Origin: Eledone cirrhosa
Taxonomy: Eukaryota
Direction: 5' to 3'
DNA: 64,000 nucleotides
NCBI GenBank assembly: GCA_964016885.1
Contig: OZ024743.1
Span: 242,916,001 to 242,980,000 of the forward strand
The translations under genes and the position numbers were made by a program. Below, piece by piece: positions 24,152 to 38,040 of this stretch; position 1 is the stretch's first letter, and each line of letters begins with the position of its first letter. Under the pieces are notes generated by a model that saw only the letters and a list, made by a program, of their open reading frames with translations, made no database searches and was not told the DNA's origin.

Positions 24152-27100
24152 TACATATAAATAAACACATCATTTTATGCTTTCTATGCTGGGTTGGATG
24201 GGTCATCATAGTCCAAGTCAATTCTCATTCGGAGTTATTGCCCTTTTTGTTGGGGTCAGGGGCTGTGTCACACTCAAATGTTCCAATTTTACCCTTCCTA
24301 CTGTGTGCATTTTATTGTAGCAACAACACTGAAGAGTCCTTCTTACCCTCGGTTGTCACTGTTCAATCACCAACCACTTTACAGAGTGTACTGGATGCAT
24401 TTTATCATGACACCAACATCAGAAAAGTTGGTGAGTTATTTATACTCCAGTAAATGGCCCTTTCATCTGCATATCCTAAAACCATATATTTTATATATTT
24501 AAAATATTTGCATTTCCTGTTTCAGATTGTTATCTATAGTTGAAAACCATAACTTAGTAGAAGAAAGAGAAGTAGAGAATGTAAAACTCCAGCAAATATA
24601 TTGTTATGTTTGCAAATATTATGTTGTAAACAAGAAAATATATAAACTTGTGAATGATAACTTAGTGGTTTTAATGATAGAGACCCCAGTCCTATCATGT
24701 TGTTGTTACAGTTCACATCTGTATAGGTTTAGCTGGTCTCCTACAAGGTTGTATTTCATAGGAGTTGTTCTCGGGTGTTTTAATGATAGGGACTCCAGTC
24801 CTATCATCTTGTTCTCACAATTATGTAGGTTTAGTTGGCCTCCTGCAAGGTATCTCAGAGGAAGTTTCTTGTATGTATTAATAATAGGGACCCCAGTACT
24901 ATCATAAAAGACTCCTTTCCCCTGTGAATGCCCAGCTCCTACTGGTAATCATGCTTTTCTCAGTTGAGATACTGGAGCAATGCAAAATGAAGTATCTTGC
25001 TGAAGAAAACAACATGCTGTCCAGGACAGGAGCCCACAATTATATGATCGTGAGTCTAACATTGCAACTGCAGGCCACATAAATTCACTTCTTACTGTTT
25101 TTTTTTTTTCTTTGTGGTGGTGGTGGTGCTGATGCTGGTGCTGGTAGTAGTAGTTTTACTATCATCATTATTACTATAAAAAATGTAGAATTTTGCAATT
25201 ATGCAGGTTTAACTTGCCTCCCACAGAGTAAAATAGGAGGTCTTTTGGATGTTTTCATGATAGGATCCCCCAGCCTATTATAAAAAGTAATAAGAAATGA
25301 AGCATCTTGTTCAAGAACATAATGCATCCCTTGGTTCAAATCAAATTCATGACCTTATAGTTGTGAGTCAAAAAAACTAACAATTAGGCCATGAACAAAG
25401 GGGCTAGGGTGTTGGAAATGATAAGTGAAAAAATAATGGAAAGATTATACATACTGAGCAGAATGGTAATTAAAAATAAACACACACATACACACCATTA
25501 TATAAGATAATACTTACTAGAATGGTTAAGTGTTGATGTTGTTAGTTGTACTAAAGAAAATAAGTGACCTACATGAAGTGTTATAGTAAAAGGTGACAGT
25601 GAGTTATAGCTAGCAGCTAGAAGTATAAAGTTGTTACTATAAACAAATACACATAGCAAGGCATATAAACACCTACAGTGATTGATTAGTAAAGTAATTT
25701 GTCAACTAGTAATTGTTGTTGTAATTAGCAATGTTTTAAAAGGGCGGTGGATTGGCAGAATTGTTAGAGCATCTGACAAAATACCATACAGTATTTGTTT
25801 CAGTTCTTTACATTCTGAGTTCAAATCCTACCGTGGCCTACTAGGATGGTAGGCTTAATCTAGTAGCTGTTTTAACACCACCATCTGATCCTTGGTTACT
25901 GTTATCACAGTCCACGCAGTAAACTTAATCCATTGCCCACTTTAACACCACCACCTGAGCCTTGGGTACTTTTAGCAGAGTCCACTCTGTTGCAAGCAAT
26001 CAAGTAAAACCTCTAGTTTGAAGATACCTTCCTCTCTTTCTCCAACCAGCCTCAAAGGCTCTGAAAAGTGTCATGGACACTTCCCCTCCCTCCCTTGCTC
26101 CTTCTGTCTAACTAACCAAAGAAAATAATAATTAATCCATTGAAGCAACAAGTGAACCTCAATGTGGTTGTTTCACTGCTAGATCTCTCTTAAATAACAT
26201 ACTACCATCATAATAAAGAAGAACACATTGTATAAAGTAATCCTAGATACACTATGTCTGGAAAAAAGAGATGATGGTCATGACTGGAACATCCTTGATC
26301 ATAGGACTCCTTCACTAGGAATTACCTGGGGCTAAACTACAACAAAGACAGAAGACATATACAAGATTTTGTAAAGATATATAATGCAGAAATGAATCCC
26401 TATTTCCAATACTCTGAGTTCACTTTTACATCAAACCAATGAAGGAGCCTTTTGTGGTTACTTGACCTGCTAACCATAACAACCTAGTCTGCCTCAAATC
26501 ACACCCTACAGTCTTAAGAAAAGGAATGCCAGATTGGATAATGTACATCTACATACACTACACTGGTAAAAAAAACGACAGGATGGTTATGGTTGGAACA
26601 TCTTTGATTACAAGTCTGATTAAACAGAGATGTGTTCAGGGTCTCTGAGACTGGTGGAAGAAAGGGCAGTGCCCATGACACTTTTCATGGCCTCTAAGAC
26701 TGGTATGGGGGAGGGAGGGAGTTATGGTTAGAATGTCTTTGATTATAGATCAACTTAAACAGAGATGACATTGAACTAAACTACAACAATCTACTTTCAG
26801 CTCATCATACACATCCAGACATAACCTCACCTCTAGCTACATGCTCACTGGTGTTTACAAGAAATGAATGAATGGCTAATACAGGATCTATCCTCGATAC
26901 ACCAGTTGGTTACCTCTGACACCTACTTCAATTGCAGTGGATGTCACTGGCCATTGGCCGCGGAAATGCTTTTGCCGTCTTGTCCGAGGGGCGCAGCACT
27001 TCTCCCCTCTTGCCCTAGGCCCAAAGCTCAATCACCCTCCCCTCTCTTCTGCAACACCAGAGCTTTTGCCATCCCCTCCCCTTCCCATTCTTTTTCTTTC

Positions 27101-27239
27101 TCTCTTTCTCCCTATTCTTTCTTTCTTTTTGTTTCCCTTTTTTTTAGTATTGTTGTCATTATTATTAAATATGAAGTCGGTATTTATACTGTGTATATCT
27201 GGTTTACAATATGAACACTGTATCTCTATGTGTCTGATT

Positions 27240-27495
27240 TAGAATAGGTATCTCATATCTCTGTATTTGGCCAAGAATAGGTACACCATATCTCTGTATT
27301 TGTTGATTTGACTGTCTTCATCTTTCATTCTCATATGCAAGAAAAAAATACCTATGTTTGTGGTTTAGAATAGGTACACTATATCCTTGTGTGTCTGGTT
27401 TAGAACACCATATGCCTGAGTTAATCTAGTTTAGAATAGGTACACCATATCTCTGAGTTTATCTGGTTTAGAATAGGTACACTGCATCTCTGTGT
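27240..27495 (+). repeat. Degenerate ~35-bp tandem repeat
   Basis: Recurring TTAGAATAGGTACACCATATCTCTG. Confidence 0.7.
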
Positions 27496-28889
27496 GTGCT
27501 AAGAGAGGAATAAAGGGGTTGGTGCCAGGAAGAGCATCCAACTGTAAACCATTGACTCAAAAAAGACCCTATAATGAGTATGAGGAGGGGGAGTAAATTA
27601 TTTCAATCCCAGTACTTCATTTTATCAATATCGGAAGGATGAAAAGTAAAGTTGACCTCTAATGATTATGCCATCTCACTGCTTTGCTGAAGTCATAGGA
27701 CTTGAATCTTTGTTAGCCACCATCTTGGAGTTTCATAAAACTAAAATTCTCTAACCTTTTTGATACCAACCTGACCAAAACTGATGCTGGTCCTATGAAA
27801 CAAAACCACACATTTTAAGGGCTTCCTATTTAATCATTTTTATAACAAACTGGGACAGCTAACTCTGATTTTATGAAACAAAACCACTCATTTTAGAGAG
27901 TTCCAGTTCAAACTAAAATCCTCCAACATAATTTTATATAAAATCTATAAGTTCAGTTACTATCTTAGTAGTGAAATAATTAATATTTTTAGTAAATTCC
28001 TCAAAATTCCTCATGAGTCATGCAAGGGCTAGAACAAATTTAGATATTTCAAATCGTCCCATTTTGAAGTAGCTTTACACTAGAGTCTAATAAAAAAAAA
28101 AAATAGATTCTATTCATATGATGATCCTTAAAAGTATTCAATGAACTATAGATAAATATAACTGACTAGTTTGCAGAAATAGCAGAGTCACATTTATAAA
28201 ATAAATGGTATTTACTTACTGACATAAATGACAATAAAAAAGACTAACTACTTTAACATGATCGAAATACAGAACTATTTAGTTACTGTTTTCTTTTTGA
28301 TAATACTAGTGCAGTAGTGGTAATGTTGCTATTTAGACAATTGTATATGTATTTTTGTAATTTTACAATGGGCTGCCCTTTACTAAAACTAATTCTTCAC
28401 TATCTCTCCCTCTCAGCCCCAACAAACAAAATACACACACAGAGACACAATCAATAGCCTAATTGGGTCCTAGACAGTTTAGGGATGTAAACCATCAACA
28501 ATAACTGTTGTGTGCTAAATCAATCCATCTATCCCACATCTGCTGTGGCTACCACCATAATCCAAGATCACACAGAAATAGACTGGACATTGGACAGAGA
28601 GAGATACAGAGCTAGATATAGAGAAAGAGAGAGCAATATGTCCAAACCTTCACACAACACCTCAAACATCAGAGTATACAGTGTATTATGAGACATAGTA
28701 TAACAGGAAATTGTTTTGCCTTGTCATAACACTGCTTGATTAGGGCTATAGTAGTAGTAGTTACAGTTCAAAGCTATGTAGGTTTAGTTGGCCTCCTATC
28801 TAGTTGCAGTTTCTAGGGTGTTTTAATGATATGGACCTCCTATTAAGTTGGATCTCGTAGGAGGTTACTTGGATGTTTTAATGATAAAG

Positions 28890-29332
28890 ACCTCAGTCCT
28901 ATCACATACATCAGTCCTATCGTGGGTCTCAGTCTTGTGAAAAATTTGTTTTATGATGGGCCTCAGTCCCATGATAGGTCTCAGTCCTATGATGGGTCCC
29001 AGTCCTATGATAGGTCTCAGTCCTATGATAGGTCTCAGTCCTATCATGAGTCTTGGTCCTATCATGGACCTCAGTCCCATGATAGGTCTCAGTCCTATGA
29101 TGGGTCCCAGTCCTATGATAGGTCTCAGTCCTATGATAGGTCTCAGTCCTATCATGAGTCTTGGTCCTATCATGGACCTCAGTCCCATGATAGGTCTCAG
29201 TCCTATGATGGGTCCCAGTCCTATGATAGGTCTCAGTCCTATGATAGGTCTCAATCCTATCATGAGTCTTGGTCCTATCATGGACCTCAGTCCTATCACA
29301 TACATCAATCCTATGAAGGATCTCAGTCCTAT
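28890..29332 (+). repeat. 18-bp minisatellite with a 108-bp (6-mer) higher-order repeat, three copies
   Basis: Unit ATGATAGGTCTCAGTCCT. The variant ATCATGAGTCTTGGTCCT recurs at 29043, 29151 and 29259. Confidence 0.93.
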
Positions 29333-30317
29333 AACAACCTGCGATTATACAATAAAAACATCAGTTTAACCTTTTAACTAGGTCACAGAACCTTTCATTA
29401 AGTAAATAAATATATGCATACACAGCAGGTCCGAACACAAATGGAACCTGTTGTCATGTACCTCACAACTATACAGTCAATAAGGTAGGACCTTAAACTG
29501 AAAGCTACATCACCTCAGTGGTAACTAATGTCCTTTACTTTAGTGACCAGTGAAATATTTAAATTACTTGGACAATCATCTACTTACTAAAACCATCAGC
29601 TACTTTGTCTATTGCTTTATCAAGTCTTGTACTCTTAACAATATGACCATTGTTTTGCTTTTGGTGGTAATGTTAGTAGTGCTGCTGATATCGATAGTGA
29701 ATATGGTGATGAATAGCTGAAGAAAGAGGAAGAAAAACAAAATCTCTCGCTCTCTCTCTTTTGTAATTACTACACATAAGAGATTATATCTGTAAGCAAT
29801 AAACATGTTATCTTGAGACATCAGTTCCTAATAATATCTCAAATCAATATGCTACCTTGATATATTGGTAACTAATAATGATATCCACCAACAATAAAAA
29901 CGGTATAGTCAGACATCATCATCATCATCATTTTTACATCCACTTTTCCATGCTTGCATGGGTTCTAGTTACTAATAATATCTATAAAAAAAAAATCAAT
30001 AAATATTATACTTAGACACACCAGTTACAAATAATTCTATTTTATTTCATTTATCTCATAAGCACTTTAGACAGGTGATGGTAGTGTTGATTCTGATCAG
30101 ATAGAATTATTTTGTTTACATTTATTTATTATTATTATTTTGAAAGATGAGATGACACCATTTTTCATTAATTTGTCCATTCTAGCATCGGTTGTGGGGG
30201 GGAGGGGGGGTTCATTATTTTGAGTATTTACAGATTGTTGAAATAAGACGTTTTTTTTCTTTTTTTTTTTTGTAGAATGGCCTTCCTTAAGTTAACTTGG
30301 GACAGTACTGCTGCTGT

Positions 30318-30348
<31 letters not shown>

Positions 30349-30350
30349 GT

Positions 30351-30422
<72 letters not shown>

Positions 30423-30433
30423 TACTACTACTA
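30318..30433 (+). repeat. (TAC)n microsatellite
   Basis: Direct reading. Confidence 0.95.
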
Positions 30434-30749
30434 TACAGATACACAAACATCCTACACTACATCAAGTAATTGCCATGAAGTTACTCACCAATACACTTCA
30501 ACCTCTGATCCTCAGACATCCAGTCTCTTCTACCACTACTACTGTTGCCACTATTCCTCACAGGTGGATGGTCCTATACCACCTACACACAGACATTCCC
30601 AATTAACTTGTTGTCTTCTTCTCACCCATATTACATCCATTCTCATATTCCTTCCTCCTACAACAACAGCCATCTTACAATTCCCTCTCTCTGCATGTTT
30701 TACCTATAATTGTTGATATGTAAATATTCATGAAGAACATCAACTATAT

Positions 30750-31082
30750 TAATCTAACAGGTCTTAAAGAGCTTGTGAAGACCTTCAAATTCATTGGCTT
30801 GCAAAGGGCCAGCAAAATCCATCAATCTAACAAAACTCAAAGGCCCTGTAAAGTGATCATCAATCTAACAGGACTCAAAGGGCCTGTGAAGGCTATCAAC
30901 AGGTCTTGAAGGGCCTGCTAAGACCATCAATCTAACAGGTCTTATTAAGTCTGTAGAGGCCACCAGCACCGTCTCAAAGGGTCTGTGAAGGCCACTATCA
31001 ATCACAAAGATCTCAAAGAGTATGTAAGGGTCAGCATTCTATCAATGTTACTAATCTTCATAGTCATGTGAAGGCTATCAAC
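30750..31082 (+). repeat. Degenerate ~30-40-bp tandem repeat
   Basis: Recurring ATCAATCTAACAGG..TCAAAGGGCCTGTGAAGG. Confidence 0.6.
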
Positions 31083-31169
31083 ACAGCTTTTTCCTCTAAA
31101 CAAGAGTTTCTCAAACTTTTTTCTCCCACCATCCCTAGAGAATATATTACATCAGCATCCCTCACTGTA

Positions 31170-31825
31170 AAGCAGATAAAAAATTAATCATTCTTTCATA
31201 ACTTGGTCCATCAGTTTTATTCCTCTATAGTTTCTCCTTTCTAGAGCATCCCCTTTGCCCTTGTAAATTTATGATTGTACTGCTGCACCAGTCATTAGGT
31301 ATGACTCTGTACTGTATTACCTGATTGACTATGCAGATTGACAGTCCGGCTCCTACTTCTCCTAATACTTTAAGCATCTTGGCAACTATCTCTGATGGTC
31401 CCCGCGGCTTTACCATTCTTCATCTCCTTGATTGCTTCTTTGACCCTATGCCAATTTCAATAGCTGGTCCCTCTATTGTGTAAGATGGGTCGGAATAGTT
31501 TCTTTTTCTCCCATTCATTCTCTACATTCATCAACCTCTTTCTTTTGAACATCAGTAGTTGCTACCATGTAACATTGTTGTTCATATACAAGCATCATAC
31601 AATCAGCCTTTCATTTTTAGGGAGAAACCTTTTATGACCAACAGCAGTATTAGCTCTCTGAACTTTTTCCATCACGTTCTTACTCTGGCTACAGTACTTT
31701 CAGAACATCCTCCCCCACTGCTGATTATGTCACCCAGGTAACAGAAAGTGTCTACTATTTGTATAGAACCATAGGAGCTAGTATCTTGTGGGCACTTGCT
31801 ACTTACTGCACCTGAGCATTGGCCA
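31170..31825 (-). mobile_element. Decayed, internally deleted RTE LINE (same family as 22537-23906)
   Basis: GPSEIVAKMLK..VIPNDWCSSTI..KG, and [44 protein letters not shown]. Confidence 0.8.
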
Positions 31826-31882
31826 TATATATGTATATGTGTATATAAATACATATATATATATAGATGTATATGTGTATAT

Positions 31883-31955
<73 letters not shown>

Positions 31956-32357
31956 CATAAATAGATGTATATGTGTATAAATATACATATATAGATGTAT
32001 GTGTGTGTGAGTGTGTAAATATATATATATCCTGACACTTAACAAAGGCAGTCGACATTAAAACATACAAATTTATACAATTAGTTTAGTTATAAAAACA
32101 TTTATAATCATATTAAAATAATAATCATATTACAATAATGCTATTTATAACAAGCTGTTTATCCTTGGAACAGAGACACCCATCTACATGTCCCTGGGGT
32201 GCATTGACACCTTTACTACACTAACAAACAGGCTGATGTATGAACTAACAAGGTAGCTTTGATATGGTCAATTAGGCTGAGAGAAATAGGAGGCAAATTC
32301 TATAGTCATGTGCTAATATCTAAAAACACAAACTGATAATGCAGCCCTAGCCGCAGT

Positions 32358-32670
32358 GAAGGTGTGTGGCTTAGTGGTTAGAGGCTCGTGATTGTAATAG
32401 TATGAGTTGGATTTTCAAATTGGGCAATGCTGTGTCTTTCTGTAAGATGCTTTATTTTACATTGCTCCAGTCCATTCAGCTTGCAAACGTATGAGTTACC
32501 ACAACACTGGTGCCAAGCTGTATTGGTCTTTGATTTTCCCTTGGACAAAATGTGTGTCATAGAAAGGGGAGACTAGAATGCAAAGGTAACTAATATGCTG
32601 GTCTTCTATAAAGCACTGACCTTGGAAAGGCAAAGTCACAATCAGTCATGACTGGAGGGGCCCTTTCCTT
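32358..32670 (+). mobile_element. tRNA-derived SINE (long-body family), diverged
   Basis: GGTGTGTGGCTTAGTGGTTAGAG head. The body CACTGGTGCCAAGCTGTAT..TTCCCTTGGACAA is shared with 1017-1329. Confidence 0.65.
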
Positions 32671-33479
32671 TTTAAATAACTAAAAAAAAAAATTTTAATG
32701 AACATAAAAAAAACAGGCGGTGACAACTGGAATATATTGGATGATAGACCTACTCAGTCAAAGAATACCTGGGGCTAAACAACAACAACGCGGTTAACAC
32801 TTGCACATACAAGTAGATAAATCACACAGATACAAGTACTATTAGCTAACAGTGGATCGCTGAGTGGTGTGTATGGAAGAAAAGGAGAAAAAAAGAAAAA
32901 CTCAGCGTTGTTCAACAGCAGTTAGAAACATGGTAAGCTGCTAACAATCTTAAATATGGCACACAAACATCCAAAAGTACATTTTAGTTAGATCTATACT
33001 AGATTAGGTTAAATGTACTTTACTAGCAGTCTACTAACAAACAAACAATAATAAATAAATAAATAAAAAAAATTTTAAAACCTGCCTCATGCTCACCAGA
33101 TCTTTTATATTATTTACACTTACTAAAAGTGCTTTTTTGCTTATGAGGTGTTGATGGGAGGTGTTGGGTGACATGTTAATCCAGCAACCAGTAAATATTA
33201 ACAGAAGTAAACTATTTGTCTGACTGAAATGTCAAGTAGAAACTCACACAGCAAATAAATAAAATTTATATAAATTGCGTGTATGTGTGTGTGTGAGAGA
33301 GAGAGAAAAAGAGAGAGTGAGGAGAAAGAAAGAAAGTGAGAGAACAGGGATGCTGTTTAGTCCTGGGGTAAGCCCTGGTTATGCAAACTCATATACATTA
33401 AAGCATTCTAACTGGGGCCATCTAGTTTTATTATTCAGTCACCCTGTTTCTAGTATCTAGTGATTACATGTCTCCTTTT

Positions 33480-33843
33480 TTAACCCTTTCGTTACCATAT
33501 TTCTAATGACCGACATTGCCTATGTTATTAACCCTTTCATTACAATATTTCTAATAAAAGACACTGCCTATGTCATTAACCCTTTTGTTATCATATTTCT
33601 TATAAAAGACACTACCTGTGTCTTTAACCTTTTCATTACTATATTTCTAATGACAGACACTGCCTATGTTCTTAACCCTTTCGTAACACTATTTCTAATA
33701 AAAGACACTGTTTATGTCCTTAATTAACCTTTTCATTACCATATTTCAAATAAAAGACACAGCATATGTCATTAACTCTTTCATTGCCATATTTCTAATG
33801 ATAGACACTGCCTATGTCTTAACCCTTTTGTTACCATATTTCT
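33480..33843 (+). repeat. ~45-bp tandem repeat of a piggyBac-like MITE terminus, 8 units
   Basis: Unit TTAACCCTTTCGTTACCATATTTCTAATRAMAGACACTGCCTATGTC. An inverted array of the same unit lies at 44690-44876. Confidence 0.85.
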
Positions 33844-35241
33844 TTGCTGATCTCCTAAACCCTGTCACAACAGCATCTTCTGATGTACATGAGGGGCATC
33901 TGGGAGTGATGACTAATTTCTTGGAGGCTGAGATCACAAGAGCAATTAAAAAACTCAAATGTGGCAAGGCTGATAGGGAGGATGAAAGTCTGTCCAAGAT
34001 GTTAAAAACCTTAAATAGAGAAGGTATCATCTGGCTGACTCATGTGTGCTGATTGGCCTGGATCTGTGGAAAGGCACCTAAGCAATGGCAATCGGATGTG
34101 ATAATCCCAATTTTCAAAAAGAGAAACAAGACAGTTTGCTCCAATTATAGAGAGCTCCTTGTTATGCTTCCCTGGTAAAGTCTATGCTAAATGTCAGGCA
34201 AAGTGATGTAGGAATATTGTTGGGTCCAAGCTAGCTGACGAACAGTACAATTTTTGCCCAAGATGCAACACAGTCAACCAAATATTCACACTTCATCAGC
34301 TCTTTGAGAAATTGTGGGAGTCCTTGTAAGAGGTGTATGCTTGTTTCATAAACCTCAAAAAGGCATATGACCATGTTATACATGACCTGCTGTGGAAGGT
34401 CCTGAAGGAGTATGGGATCGATGGACAGCTTCTTGTTGCCCTGATGTCTCTATATGAATGCCCTAGAATTTGTGTTTGGATAAATGGTACTAAATCAAAA
34501 CCATTCAGTGTGGGAATTGGACTCTGCCAAGGATGTGTAGTCACCTCCCCTGCTCATAATCTTCATGAACTGGATTGACATGTGCAGCTGGGTTGGAAGT
34601 GGTATCATAAATGGTGGGTGTAGGATCAGCCGGCTGGATTTTGCAGATAACATGGCATTACTTATCTCGCCAGAAGAAGATCTCCAATTTGCACTTAATA
34701 GGTTTTATGTGGAGAGCTGCAAGGCTAGAATGAAAATCAGTGCTTCGAAAACTGAGACACTCATCCTTTGAAAGAAGCCTGCACAGGGAACGCTCCATGA
34801 GAGTGGAGTTCCACTGAAGTAGGTAGAGAAGTTCAAGTAAAGAAGTTCAAGCCATGTTCACAAGTGATGGAAGGCAGGAAGCAGATTTAAGTGCAAGAAT
34901 TGCAGTAGCTGGTGCAGCAATTCACCAGTTTCAGCAATCAGTTATGAGAAGGGAGGTAGGTGTAAATGCCAAACTCGCTATCTTCAATTCGGTATTTGTG
35001 CCAACCCTTACTCATGAATTTTGACCAAAAGAATACAATTGCAAATACAAACAGCCAAAATGGGGTTCCTTCAAAGGATTTTTGCAGTAAGGTTACTCAA
35101 TAGTGTAGCTCAGAGATCGCAGTTCCAATACTATGGGCATGTGGTTAAAATGTCTCAGGAAAGAATCGCTGAACAGATTTGACTGGAAGAAGAAGAAGAA
35201 GAAGAAGAAGAAGAAGAAGAAGAAGAAGAAGAAGAAGAAGA
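33844..35241 (+). mobile_element. Decayed RTE LINE RT region (second family) ending in (GAA)n
   Basis: EITRAIKKLKCGKA, IIPIFKK, CSNYR, YACFINLKKAYDHV, GLCQGCV-SP, FADNMALL and MKISASKTE, with multiple stops and frameshifts. Confidence 0.88.
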
Positions 35242-35508
35242 TAATGTTTTATGTGTTGTTTGAAATATTTTAAATGTTCAATATGTTGTTTAGAGTTGTT
35301 GATTCACAACTTCATTATATAATGATTTTTTTGCCAATTTCCAACTGTTTTGGGGGTCATATTCATTGAAAACACATCAAAAACAAATTTCACATCAAAA
35401 GTAACCTCAAAAGTGAAAATATTCTAGTACTTCATTTACATAGAATTTTGAAGTTGTAAGCCAAGCCCCCATTCTACCATTGATTTTTTTTTGTCATATA
35501 TTTCTTGG

Positions 35509-35545
<37 letters not shown>

Positions 35546-35557
35546 TGTATATATATA

Positions 35558-35599
<42 letters not shown>

Positions 35600-35672
35600 T
35601 ATATATTTGTATACAAGCCAAGAAATATGATAAAAACAACAATAGTAAAATGGGGGCTATATATATATATAT

Positions 35673-35884
35673 ATCATCATCATCATCGTTTAACGTCTAT
35701 CTTCCACGCTAGCATGGGTTTAGACGAGAATTGTCCCACTTGAGGCAAGATTAGTTGTCTTGCTCGTATAGGACTGTCTGGCTTGATTTCTACGGCTGGA
35801 TGCCCTTCCTAACACCAACCACGTTTACAGTGTGGACTGGGAGGTATTTACCGTGTTACCTACATGACCACATTACAGCGTGGA

Positions 35885-35889
<5 letters not shown>
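35673..35889 (-). mobile_element. RTE 3' UTR fragment
   Basis: Reverse complement of 23684-23900 with divergence, flanked by (TA)n. Confidence 0.8.
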
Positions 35890-35915
<26 letters not shown>

Positions 35916-37116
35916 CAAAAAACACCCAGCCCGTCCTGCATGGTGGTAATGCTGGTGCCACAAAAAAAATGTACTCAGTCTACCATGTAAGGTGATCGTA
36001 TTGGTGCCACAACAAAAACGTAGCCAGTCTATGATGTAAGAGGGTTGTACTGGTGACATGACAACAAGCAGCTAATCACCGGTTAAGGTGGTTAGTATTA
36101 GAAAGAGCATCCAGCCATAGAAAGCCAAGCCAGAAACAGATCGTATGAGCAAGACGTAATCACCTGACCTGTCTGGCCTCATAATGTGACAACCCATTTA
36201 ATACATGCAGGTACAGAAAATAGATGTGACAAAGATCAGGATTTCATTATTAAAATTGCATTTTATATTGCTTAACAAAAGGTTCTTAAATTAAATTATT
36301 TCAGAAAATTTTAATTGAAATAGGAACCCTTTAAAACAGGTGATTCCCTTTCATACAATCAGAGCCAGGTTTGGCCAGGATGGTATTAAAAGGGTTAATT
36401 ATCAGAGACAAGCATGAGGCAGGTGACTAGAAACTGTTTCACTTGAAGGTTTTATATCATGAGAGAGCCTTCTAGACTTTCCCAGTTAAAAAATGCCAGC
36501 CACTTAGTAGAGATTTCATTTTAGAGATTTCCTTCTCAAAGTCATTTTACGGCACATTCTAACAAACATTGGCTTTTCTACATCACAGTTGGTTTTTTGG
36601 AAATACCTATACCGGGTTGGTGTCTGATGTAGTATAACTCACCTCATGTTGACAAACTATCTTTGAGATGGAGAAATGTGTGGGTGTGTGGGTATGTGTG
36701 TGTTGGACACAGCATGGTCGAAAGATTAAGAACTTCATTTCGCAAACAAGGTCTCAGGTTCAATCCCACTGCATGGCACCTTGGGCAAGTACCATTTACC
36801 ATAGCCTAAGGTCAACACAAGCATTGTAAGTGAAATTGGGTAGATATAAACAGCTTAGAACTTCAGGTAGACTGTACTTATAATTCAAAGGGTTAGCCAT
36901 GTCACACACTGTGTCATGTGAAATCTCCTTGAGAATTACACTGAAGGAGCAAGAATCAGCCACTGGCATATTAATTTCAGAAACAGGCTGTTACAGTGGT
37001 TGAATCTGACAGAGGCCCATTTCATTTCATTCCAATACTAGTTGTATATCAGTAGCTATAGTACAATAAGAGCTGACGTTGGGTAGTTTATATCTAGGGT
37101 GGTGTAGGGTTCTATA

Positions 37117-37315
37117 TGAGAGTCAGTTGAAAAGTTCATAAGTTGACCAAGATACTCTCATGGAATGATTAAATTGCGTTTATTTTTCAACATCGTGCCT
37201 AGAGAGCAACAATCCAATTATTCAGAAGTGTTGAAATTAATGCATGCAAGATTTCACAGTTCTAGCATCACTCCTTCATAATCAGTCAGCCTATGAGCTT
37301 TTCAACCCACTCTTG
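37117..37315. mobile_element. Mariner-like MITE
   Basis: Imperfect ~30-bp TIRs GAGAGTCAGTTGAAAAGTTCATAAGTTGAC / GTCAGCCTATGAGCTTTTCAACCCACTCTTG, with TA on the left. Confidence 0.6.
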
Positions 37316-37893
37316 GGTGGTTATATGTAGGGTGATGTAGGGTGGCTGATGTGTGATTATGTGAAGTGAAATGAAATTTAGGTACTACCATTAAGGTCCC
37401 CTAGGAATCCACCTAGGGTGCAAACTTCTAGGGGGTGCATCACAGTTTTATACAAATGTCTAGAGTTAAATCAAGTATATAATAACTTCCTGTGATTAAA
37501 AATCTTTTTCCAGAGCAGTTTGTGGAAATATCAAAAAGTATATGGTTTGGTGTGGGTGAGAGGGGATTTTGTAGTGGCGGAAAATAAGTATTCTGCACAT
37601 GATCAAATAGTTGTGATATAAAATTCTGGCAATACATTGTCCTTGAGCAAGACACTTTATTTCACAATGCTGGCAGAAGTGGATTGAACCTGTAATTCAA
37701 AAGGCCAAACTTGTCCCACACTGAATCATGCAGAATCTACCTGAGGGTACGTTTTAGTGGTATGCTCAGGCACTTGCACAACAATTTGTAGAGCAGACTG
37801 TTCTGCTGATTGATCAAATAGAACACTGATCGTCGGAACTGACAGAGGTGCAACATACAAACACACAACACACACACATACATACATATATTG

Positions 37894-38040
37894 TTTGAAA
37901 TCATCAGGCCATTCCTGATGATTTCAAATGAATGAAACAGTTCTAGTCCTGTAAAAGTCATTTCTATATGAAATAAATATATACCATCTCTACTAATGTA
38001 TTGAGTACCTTATTTAACTGTGTTTTCCTTCGGTTCTGTA
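37894..38040 (+). mobile_element. HHR family B element with 5' fold-back
   Basis: TTTGAAATCATCAGG-CCATT-CCTGATGATTTCAAA hairpin, then GAAT-GAAA-CAG-TTCTAGTC-CTG-TA. The tail is homologous to 8266-8325. Confidence 0.7.

Noticed and set aside
28865-29377. SR-like YDRSQS repeat protein
   Set aside because: Open in several frames on both strands because the 18-bp unit lacks stops. It derives from a SINE hairpin.
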